DNA of 64,000 bases, from contig JBFIHX010000001.1 of the NCBI GenBank assembly GCA_041601615.1, positions 192,001 to 256,000 of the forward strand. The letters run 5' to 3'. The stretch's first letter is position 1. Each line of letters opens with the position of its first letter. Below the pieces are notes generated by a model. That model saw nothing but the letters and a program-made list of their open reading frames with translations, was not told the DNA's origin and ran no database searches. The stretch comes from Thermoplasmatota archaeon (GTDB lineage Archaea > Thermoplasmatota > E2 > JACPAO01 > JAHFTW01). Shown here in pieces: positions 19,642 to 29,176 of this stretch. Made by a program: the position numbers and the translations under genes.

Positions 19642-19836
19642 CTATGGATCCGTAATGTGTTCGATGCAGTCCGTGTGGAAGTGAGGGTTGCTGATCGTCG
19701 GTGCCTGGATGGGATTTGTGTGGATTGTGACGCCATGGAGTGAACATCCCCCATCTGAAGGTCCGGCTGCCACACCAGGGGCAACGATCAAGCCGATTGC
19801 GAGTATTCCGATCAGGACGAGAGTTTTGGAGTTCAT
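19642..19836 (-). CDS. 64-aa secreted His/Cys peptide
   Basis: MNSKTLVLIGILAIGLIVAPGVAA signal; one Cys pair; AT-rich upstream region with a TATA-like element (+ strand AATATATAATTA, ~19880-19890). Confidence 0.65.
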   Translation of the reverse strand: MNSKTLVLIGILAIGLIVAPGVAAGPSDGGCSLHGVTIHTNPIQAPTISNPHFHTDCIEHITDP

Positions 19837-20014
19837 GGTTCTAACCTGCCATTGTAGGCGTGTTGGCATAAAGAGGCAAATATATAATTATTTCGGCACC
19901 ATGGGGACACCAAAGGAAGTTAGATGGATATGAAACATGCCGGATTGCACCTCATTGGCGGCTAAACGTGTAACCTGAAAGATTGCTGTCGCTATGTCTT
20001 GACAATCGCATCGC

Positions 20015-20281
20015 TTCACGCCCCCCGAGGGTTGGCAGTTCACGGTCGACGGCGCCCCCGTGGTGCCTTCAAGCTAGATTCCGTAGGGCCCGGCCCCGGC
20101 CCCGCCCGTCCCCGTCTGCGGTGTCCCGAACCCGGTTCACGGCGGCGACATGTGCATCAAGGGCGTCGGCTTGACTCTGAGCCAGGACTTCGAGATTTTC
20201 TCGCACGTCACGTTCCACTTCACGCCCCCCGAAGGCTGGCAATTCACCAACGATGGCGCCCCCATCGTCCCTTCCAGCTAG
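20015..20281 (+). pseudogene. two orphan 3'-terminal fragments of the same gene family
   Basis: 20015-20077 reads FTPPEGWQFTVDGAPVVPSS*; 20087-20281 ends ...FTPPEGWQFTNDGAPIVPSS*. Each is bounded upstream by an in-frame stop. Confidence 0.7.
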
Positions 20282-20736
20282 AATCCTGACGGGGCCAGCG
20301 TGCCGCCGGCATCGGATCTGCTGCGTTCCGCGCCCTCAGGCACGGCCAGGGCAAGTAGATTGGCGACCAAATCCGTCAAGTGGTTCCGGTCCACCGGTTT
20401 TTCCAGCACGCCATCCAGCGGCGTCTCCTCAGCGCGAGCAGACGCCGGCAACTGCGTGAAGCCACTGGAAAGCACAAACCGCGTCGACGCCGATAGGGGC
20501 CTCGATCGCCGCACCAATTCCATACCGTCTATGCCAGGTAGTCGGTAATCCGTGATGACCACGCTGGGAGAACGCTCCGCTAGGGCTGCCAAACAAGCCT
20601 CTGCGGAAGCAAAAGCGACCACTTCCACCGAGGGGAATGCTTGGTCCAACACATGCGAGAGAAGGAACCGGGAGCTTTCGCAATCGTCTACGATGAAAAT
20701 GCAGGAGCGCCGAAATCCTTGGCCAGGGGCTTGCAT
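20278..20736 (-). CDS. stand-alone CheY-like response regulator
   Basis: IVDD, ITDYRLPGIDG, LSSG, EKP. Confidence 0.85.
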   Translation of the reverse strand: MQAPGQGFRRSCIFIVDDCESSRFLLSHVLDQAFPSVEVVAFASAEACLAALAERSPSVVITDYRLPGIDGMELVRRSRPLSASTRFVLSSGFTQLPASARAEETPLDGVLEKPVDRNHLTDLVANLLALAVPEGAERSRSDAGGTLAPSGF

Positions 20737-20870
20737 CTTGCCTCAAGAAGCGGGCGGCTACGCTTGAAACTGTTTCGCTGAATTGTCTGGGACGGGCCGT
20801 TTTGACTCGGGGCGTCGAGGGCGAAGCGGGGCTTCCGAGAACCATTTTTTCACCCGACTAGACCGTCGCT

Positions 20871-20909
20871 TTCTTATAGAAGCCCTAACTCGCTCGGCTC
20901 CACAGGTGA
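20871..20909 (+). promoter_or_regulatory. TATA box and Shine-Dalgarno of dnaK
   Basis: TTCTTATAGA at 20871-20880; AGGTGA at 20904-20909, 5 nt before the ATG at 20915. Confidence 0.6.
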
Positions 20910-20914
20910 CCTCA

Positions 20915-22798
<1,884 letters not shown>

Positions 22799-22839
22799 GC
22801 CGGGCCGAGCCCGCAGCGCCTCCTAATCGACTCCAACCC

Positions 22840-22930
22840 GCTTCTCCCCACTCTGCCCCTTCCACTCCGTACTCTCTTAGCTCCCCCTCCGTCCATCTCT
22901 CCCACTTCCCCCTCTACGTCCCCTCCCTTG
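22840..22930 (+). terminator. polypyrimidine (C/T) tract between convergent genes
   Basis: About 90 nt strongly dominated by C/T, starting ~40 nt after the dnaK stop. Confidence 0.4.
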
Positions 22931-23210
22931 TCGCCGGCCCCAGCTGGTACAACTCGTCTTCTCGCGAAACGACGCCACAAGACGCCAAATTGTGCAGCAG
23001 CCGACACGCACCCACCGGCGAAATTCGCACCCACGCCACCAATTCTTCCAACGACGCCGGCCCCAAACGAAGCCGATCCACCATGAACCGAGCCTTGGAC
23101 CAATGCATCGTCCAAGACTGGACAGCTGGATCCAGACCAAAGGGTGTCAAAGCTGGTAATCGGGGTCGAGGCGAGGACCATTCGAGCGCTTCCATAACAG
23201 CCTGGACCAT
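22914..23210 (-). CDS. small winged-helix DNA-binding protein divergent from the pilus operon
   Basis: RLRLGPASLEELVAWVRISPVGACRLLHNLASCGVV...YQL matches a wHTH pattern; ATG at 23210 inferred. Confidence 0.6.
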   Translation of the reverse strand: MVQAVMEALEWSSPRPRLPALTPFGLDPAVQSWTMHWSKARFMVDRLRLGPASLEELVAWVRISPVGACRLLHNLASCGVVSREDELYQLGPATREGT

Positions 23211-23488
23211 GTTGGAAGGTTGTGTTTGTTGGAGCAAACGCCGGCATGAGCCCCCTTCAAGCCCACCAACCCCGGCACCCAAGCCCATTGCACGTTCCAC
23301 GCAGCACTTCGTCGCAACCATCGGCTTCTCGTCCGGCCCCGATCTCCCCGCAGATCCTACGCAGCCAACAGGGAACCAAACGCAACACGCCATCCCCTGG
23401 AACCGCGAAACCGGCCTCCCTTTGTCCCTTTCGCCCCGCCGGCCGTAGTCGCACAGGTTATCAAAGAAACTCCGGCTTCGGCCCTCTA

Positions 23489-24118
23489 GTGGCTTCACGG
23501 CTCAGCACGGGTCTCTCAGGACTCGACGCCCAATTGGGCGGCGGACTCCCACCAGGCACAGTACACGTCTTGCTTGCGGAGCCCATGAACGCCCAGGAGT
23601 TGTTTGCCTACCACTTTGCCGTCGGCAACACCGGCACATCCCGCTGCCGCTTCGTCACCACAGACCAAGAAGTGGACGACATCAAAGCCGGCATCGAGCG
23701 CGTAGGCGGCGACCCCGCCCGCTGCGACATCCACAAAATACCCGTCAAAAAATCCTGGGACCTACCCCCACCAGCCGAAGGTGCGCGCTACGTACTGGAC
23801 AGCTTCACGTCCTGGAGCGACGAAATCGGCTGGGACGCATCCCTGGAAGCGCTGAAAAAATTGCGCGACACACTACGCGAAACCCAAGAAGTGGGCCTCA
23901 TCTCCGTCGTCAACGGCATCCACGAGCCGCACCAAATCGCCCGCCTGAAAATGTGGGCCGACGGCGTGCTCGAACTGGGCTTCGACCGCCAAGGCTTCGG
24001 CCTCTACCCCTTCCTCAAAGTGACCAAAATGCGCGGCGTGGCAGACTCCGCGAGGTTTTTGCTGTTCAAGGACACTGCAAAGGGCCTCTTCATGGAAAGC
24101 ACACGGAGGGTGTTCTAA
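23489..24118 (+). CDS. KaiC/RAD55 (ArlH-like) family protein with degenerate Walker A
   Basis: STGLSGLDAQLGGGLP; P-loop position reads AEPMNAQEL; VLDSF, ADGVLEL, KVTKMRG. Confidence 0.8.
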   Translation: MASRLSTGLSGLDAQLGGGLPPGTVHVLLAEPMNAQELFAYHFAVGNTGTSRCRFVTTDQEVDDIKAGIERVGGDPARCDIHKIPVKKSWDLPPPAEGARYVLDSFTSWSDEIGWDASLEALKKLRDTLRETQEVGLISVVNGIHEPHQIARLKMWADGVLELGFDRQGFGLYPFLKVTKMRGVADSARFLLFKDTAKGLFMESTRRVF

Positions 24119-25291
24119 GTGCGCACTGCCCGCCGGCCGGCACACACGCAGCGCCAGCGCGTGGCACAACGATTGCGAGCATGGCGCCGCGACGACGCCG
24201 TGACGCCCGTCGTTGGCACCAGCATGATCCTCGTCATCACCGTACTTGGCATGGCGGGCGTTCTCTTCTGGGGCACCCCAACCCTGCAAGGAATCCAAGA
24301 CCGAGGAAGCCTCATCGGCATGGAAGGCGAATTCGACGAACTGCGACGCGCCAGCCTCGAACTCTCGGTTCCTGATGCCAGCCGAATTCCCTCCGTGGTA
24401 CTCGAAGGCGGCAGCCTGGACCTCGAACAAGGCAGCCGCATGCTGATTGCCATTGGACAAGACTCCGGCAACACCGACTGCGACATGCAAATCACAGGCT
24501 GGAGCACCGGCACCAGCAACAGCCTCTCCGCCGACCTCACCGGCTGCCGAAACAGCGGCGACATCCTAGGCTTGTGCGGCCTCGGATGCCTCGAAATCCA
24601 CCGCGTCACCGGCAGCAGCACCATCGAACAGACCAACATGAACTGGAACCCCGGCGCCGGCGTCAACACATACGACGCAACCTGGGACAACACCGGAACC
24701 GCACCCAACTTCGGCTCCGACGACTGGCTCGTGCGCCTAACCGATGGCGGCACAACGGTCTACGCCACTGCTTGGATTCTGGACCAAAAACGGATCACCT
24801 GGCGCCTCAGCACCAGCGTCAGCGACGTACAACTGCACTTTGAAGGCGGCGCCATCTTTGAAGTCGACAGCGGCGCCTACTTCCTCCACCGACCCGCACC
24901 CATCCGCGAGGACGCCTTTGGCAGCGAAGACTACGTTCTGCGCCTCGTGACGCTGCTTGGTGAACCAAGCGGCAGCGCCGGCCGCGGCACCCCCGAAGTG
25001 TTTCTTGGGCTCGTCGGCAACCACGTTCGAGTCAGCACCCCCAACGCCTACCAAATCCGCTACACCGTCTCGGGCGACATCTCCGAGGCCTGGTGTCAAA
25101 GCCTCAGCCTTCGCAACAATGGCCTCGTCGCCACCGCCACCACCAATCGGCACTATACCGTCGACGGCACCTGCACCAGCGCCCTTCCCAGCGTCGTCTA
25201 CGAAGTAACCGACCCCAGCGTCGGTGGCTCCCGCAAATCGTTCCCCCTCGAGTTCCTCCATGCGCGCATCACGAGCAGCATCCGTGTCTAA
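24119..25291 (+). CDS. class III signal peptide protein (minor pilin-like)
   Basis: RRDDA|VTPVVGTSMILVITVLG then a beta-rich, Thr/Ser/Cys-containing domain. Confidence 0.8.
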   Translation: MRTARRPAHTQRQRVAQRLRAWRRDDAVTPVVGTSMILVITVLGMAGVLFWGTPTLQGIQDRGSLIGMEGEFDELRRASLELSVPDASRIPSVVLEGGSLDLEQGSRMLIAIGQDSGNTDCDMQITGWSTGTSNSLSADLTGCRNSGDILGLCGLGCLEIHRVTGSSTIEQTNMNWNPGAGVNTYDATWDNTGTAPNFGSDDWLVRLTDGGTTVYATAWILDQKRITWRLSTSVSDVQLHFEGGAIFEVDSGAYFLHRPAPIREDAFGSEDYVLRLVTLLGEPSGSAGRGTPEVFLGLVGNHVRVSTPNAYQIRYTVSGDISEAWCQSLSLRNNGLVATATTNRHYTVDGTCTSALPSVVYEVTDPSVGGSRKSFPLEFLHARITSSIRV

Positions 25292-25841
25292 CACGAACGG
25301 CCCCCTCACCCGCCCGTGCCCCCTTCGGCCCGCCGCCAGCGCCGGCGACGACGCCGTCAGCGAAGTCATCGGACAAATCCTCATGTTCGGCATCCTCAGC
25401 ATGGTCCTGATCCTCAGCCTGCTTGGATTCAACGTCGCAAAAAGCGGAGCCGAGGACCGCGTCGCGGAATTGGAAGCCGATTCCGCAGCCCAGCGCGTGG
25501 CCGGCGTCTACATCAGCGCCAGCCTGTTTGCCGAGCAAAACGTCGACCACGAAGTGGACTACCAAAGGCTCGTCAACCTGCCCGACCGCATCCAGCAACG
25601 CGACTACAGCATCAGCATCCAAGGCGAAACCCTCACCCTCGAAATTCCCACCGCCAGCGTCACCGTCACCACTTCGCTGCTATCCGCCGGCGCGCCCGCA
25701 GAACTAGTCGTCTGCAAACAAACCAACATCCCCGGCGGCCCCCTACTGATCCGCGCCCGCACCTACCAAACAGGCGACGAACTCGCCCTCTGCACCAACC
25801 GCAGCACCGAATCCATCATCCTATTCCTGGAGTCCGCATGA
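25284..25841 (+). CDS. class III signal peptide protein (minor pilin-like)
   Basis: GDDA|VSEVIGQILMFGILSMVLIL; GTG at 25284 overlaps the previous gene end. Confidence 0.8.
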   Translation: MSNTNGPLTRPCPLRPAASAGDDAVSEVIGQILMFGILSMVLILSLLGFNVAKSGAEDRVAELEADSAAQRVAGVYISASLFAEQNVDHEVDYQRLVNLPDRIQQRDYSISIQGETLTLEIPTASVTVTTSLLSAGAPAELVVCKQTNIPGGPLLIRARTYQTGDELALCTNRSTESIILFLESA

Positions 25842-28315
25842 GCCCCGACACGCCCGAACAACGCAAGGCAAAACAAGCCAAGAAGGCCCCACAAGCCGCG
25901 GACCCCGCACCCCAAACCGAGCAAGAACGACTCGATGCCCTGCTGGCCCGAAAAGCCAGCGACACCAAGGATTCCGCCAAAAAAAGCAGCCCGCCGCCGC
26001 CCTCCGCCGTCGACCTAGAGGCCTTGCGCGGACGCGCCCTCTCCTCACGCACCACGCCCGCCCCAGACGCCAGCCGTCCCCCCACCGCAGGCGCCCCACC
26101 CCCCGCTGGCCAGACCCCCCGAGGACCTATACGCACCAGTGCGCCTCGACCGGGAGCCGCCGCAGCACCCGGCAGCAAAGCGCCCGCCTCGAGCACCACG
26201 CCGCCGGGCGAACCTGGCGCCGCCCCTGGCTCCAAATCCGCAGCACCCCAGGTCAAACCCGAACCATCCAAGGACCTCAAAGCGGCAGCCGCGCCAGCAC
26301 CCACGTCCGAGCCAACCAAAACGCCGAGCCCCAAGAGCGACGCGGACCCGGACGCCAAAGGAGAGACGGAACCAACTTCCCCCGAACCAGAGGCCGACGC
26401 AAAACCCCAAGGTGCAAGCGAAGAAGCCCCCGAATCCGCCGAACTCGAAAGTGAAGCAGAAAGTGAAGCAGCCGAACGAGGCGAATACGGCACCCGCCGC
26501 GCCAAGGTCGGCGAAAAAATCGAACGCGGCCTCAAAGCCGTCGACAGCCAAGACGCCGAGAGCGTCATCCAAAAACAACTCAAAGGCACAGCCCGGCCCG
26601 ACGCCGTCAAGCTGCCCGTGTTTCCCGCACCCTCCAGCGAACGACCCAAAGCGCTCGACTTGGAAGAAGTACGCCGCCAAGAAATCGCCGAAAAGGAAGC
26701 ACAACGCCGCGCCGAACTGCTGGAGGACCTCGACGAGGAAACCCAGCGCAAACTCGAAAAAGACTGGGCCGTCGAAGACAAACTTGACTACCGCCCCGAC
26801 CCCGACGACGTGGAAGTGGAAGTCTACCCCATCCAGGAGCCGTTCTCCTACATCCAAATCGTGCGCAACACCCGCACGCACGAGATGATCTACCACGCCA
26901 TCGAACCGCGCCTCAGCCGCGATGAGCAGTTCCTGCTTCGCTTCATCGAGGAAACCCTCGTAGACGTGCTCGATTTGCAGCCCGGAGAACTCGAAAAGAA
27001 GGAACTCGACGAGTACATCCGAGGCAAATTCGACGAAGTGCTCTTCGACTACAGCATCAGCCTAGGCGACGAAGAATCCGAAGCCGACGAAAGCCGCGAA
27101 CGCCTCCTTTACTACGTCCTTCGAGACTTCATCGGCGAAGGCCCCATCAACATTCTCATCAACGACGAAATGATTGAGGACATCTCCTGCGACGGACCCC
27201 ACGTCCCCATCTTCGTCTACCACCGCAAATACGAAGCCCTCACCACCACCGTACGCTACAGCGGCCACGAAAGCCTCGACTCCTTCGTCATACGCCTCGC
27301 CCAACGCGCCGGCAAACACGTGAGCATCGCCGAACCCATCCTCGATGCAACCATGCGCGATGGAAGCCGCCTGCAAGCGACCCTCGCCAAGGAAGTCAGC
27401 TCCTTCGGATCCACCTTCACCATCCGCAAGTTCCGCGAAGTGCCGTTTACGCCCATCGACCTCGTGCGCTTCGGCACCATGTCCTCTTCGATGCTCGCCT
27501 ACCTCTGGATGGTCATCGAACACCACATGAGCGCCATGTACGCAGGCGGAACCGCCTCGGGAAAAACCACGGCCATCAACGCCATCATGATGTTCATCCC
27601 GCCGCAAAACAAGGTCGTTACCATCGAAGACACCCGCGAATTGCGCGTGCCCCAACCCAACTGGATCGCCGGCATCACCCGCGACGGCTTCGGCCCCCGC
27701 GACGCCCACGGCCGCCAAGCGGGCGAAATCGACATGTTCCAGCTTCTCAAAAACGCCCTGCGTCAACGCCCCGACTACATCATCGTCGGTGAAGTGCGCG
27801 GCGCAGAAGCCTACAACTTGTTCCAAGCCATGGCCACCGGACACGCCGCCTACGGCACCATGCACGCCGACTCAGTCGACGCAGTCATCCACCGCCTGGA
27901 ATCCGACCCCATCAACATCCCGCGCTCCCTGCTGGAAGCACTGGATGTGGTGGCAGTACAGATTCAGACCCGTGTCGCTGAAAAGCGCGTCCGGCGCACC
28001 AAACAAATCACCGAGATTGTGGGCCTCGACCCCAACACCCGTGAAATTCTCACCAACGAAGTGTTCCACTGGGACCCCGAGACGGACTCGTTCATCTACT
28101 CCGGCATCAGCTACGTCCTCGAACGCATCGCCGTGGAAACGGGCAAATCACCCAAGCACGTTGCCCAAGAAATGGAGGATCGGGTGCGGCTCATCAACCA
28201 CATGATGGACATGGATCTTCGCGACTACCACAAAATCGCCTCCATCCTCACGAACTACTTCAAAGTCAAGGATGATGTCATGGCCATCGTCGACTCGGGG
28301 GCCTCATGGGACTGA
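25838..28315 (+). CDS. type IV pilus assembly ATPase (PilB/ArlI/VirB11-like) with long disordered N-terminus
   Basis: EDISCDG, GGTASGKTT, TIEDTREL, LRQRPDYIIVGEVRG, ATGH, TMHA; ATGA overlap at 25838. Confidence 0.95.
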   Translation: MSPDTPEQRKAKQAKKAPQAADPAPQTEQERLDALLARKASDTKDSAKKSSPPPPSAVDLEALRGRALSSRTTPAPDASRPPTAGAPPPAGQTPRGPIRTSAPRPGAAAAPGSKAPASSTTPPGEPGAAPGSKSAAPQVKPEPSKDLKAAAAPAPTSEPTKTPSPKSDADPDAKGETEPTSPEPEADAKPQGASEEAPESAELESEAESEAAERGEYGTRRAKVGEKIERGLKAVDSQDAESVIQKQLKGTARPDAVKLPVFPAPSSERPKALDLEEVRRQEIAEKEAQRRAELLEDLDEETQRKLEKDWAVEDKLDYRPDPDDVEVEVYPIQEPFSYIQIVRNTRTHEMIYHAIEPRLSRDEQFLLRFIEETLVDVLDLQPGELEKKELDEYIRGKFDEVLFDYSISLGDEESEADESRERLLYYVLRDFIGEGPINILINDEMIEDISCDGPHVPIFVYHRKYEALTTTVRYSGHESLDSFVIRLAQRAGKHVSIAEPILDATMRDGSRLQATLAKEVSSFGSTFTIRKFREVPFTPIDLVRFGTMSSSMLAYLWMVIEHHMSAMYAGGTASGKTTAINAIMMFIPPQNKVVTIEDTRELRVPQPNWIAGITRDGFGPRDAHGRQAGEIDMFQLLKNALRQRPDYIIVGEVRGAEAYNLFQAMATGHAAYGTMHADSVDAVIHRLESDPINIPRSLLEALDVVAVQIQTRVAEKRVRRTKQITEIVGLDPNTREILTNEVFHWDPETDSFIYSGISYVLERIAVETGKSPKHVAQEMEDRVRLINHMMDMDLRDYHKIASILTNYFKVKDDVMAIVDSGASWD

Positions 28316-29175
28316 CAGGGACGCAACGGTTTGCCTACAAGGTATTCGGCATACGCGCCGCCAGCTCCAAAGGATTGCCCAAGCTCAAAGAAGCAATTCG
28401 CAAGGCCCAGATGCCGGTGCGCGCCGAAGCATACCTTGCCCAAAGCATCCTCTACGGCCTCGGCACCGCCGCCGTCATGTTCCTTCTGACATTGATGATC
28501 GTGCCCGTGCTGACCGCCGTCCTGGGCATGAGCCCAGCGCTGTGGATGCTGGTGCTTGTCGTGCCTCCCATGGGCGGCTTCATCGCCTACACCGCCCTCG
28601 TGGGCACCCCCGCCAGCAACGCCAAAAAGCGCGGCAAAAACATCAACACCAAACTTCCCTACGCCACGAACTACATCGCCGCCATGGCTTCGGCCGGTGT
28701 CATTCCTGCCGAGATTTTCAAGAGCTTGGCCAACCAGACGATCTATGGCGAAGTGGCCCGCGAAGCCGCCATGATGTACAAGGACATGCACGTTCACGGC
28801 AAAGACATCGTTACGAGCCTGCGCCGCGCCATGGACCGCACACCCAGCGTGAAGTTCCAAGAACTGCTGCAAGGCGCCATCACCACCGTCACCAGCGGTG
28901 GCGACCTCACCGCCTACTTCCACCAAAAAGCCACGCGCTACCAATGGGAAAACCGCGTCGAGCAAAAATCATTCATCGAAACCATGGGCCTCATGGCCGA
29001 GACCTACGTCACCGCCGCCGTCGCCGGGCCGCTGTTTCTGCTCGTCATGGTCGCCATCATCGTCTTGATGGGAAGCGGCAAGATGAGCCAATTGCAACTG
29101 CTCGTCTACCTCCTACTGCCCGTGATCAACATCGGCTTCATGTTCGGCATCAAGAGCATGATCCCGGAGGTCTAG
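28306..29175 (+). CDS. type II secretion F / TadC (ArlJ-like) platform protein
   Basis: INTKLPYATNYIAAMASAG, RTPSVKFQELL; N- and C-terminal TMs. Confidence 0.9.
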   Translation: MGLTGTQRFAYKVFGIRAASSKGLPKLKEAIRKAQMPVRAEAYLAQSILYGLGTAAVMFLLTLMIVPVLTAVLGMSPALWMLVLVVPPMGGFIAYTALVGTPASNAKKRGKNINTKLPYATNYIAAMASAGVIPAEIFKSLANQTIYGEVAREAAMMYKDMHVHGKDIVTSLRRAMDRTPSVKFQELLQGAITTVTSGGDLTAYFHQKATRYQWENRVEQKSFIETMGLMAETYVTAAVAGPLFLLVMVAIIVLMGSGKMSQLQLLVYLLLPVINIGFMFGIKSMIPEV

Positions 29176-29176
29176 C

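Noticed and set aside
25316-25837. N-terminal 174 aa of the 999-aa ORF
   Set aside because: Arg-rich off-frame read of the pilin gene; the ATPase start fits the ATGA overlap at 25838.
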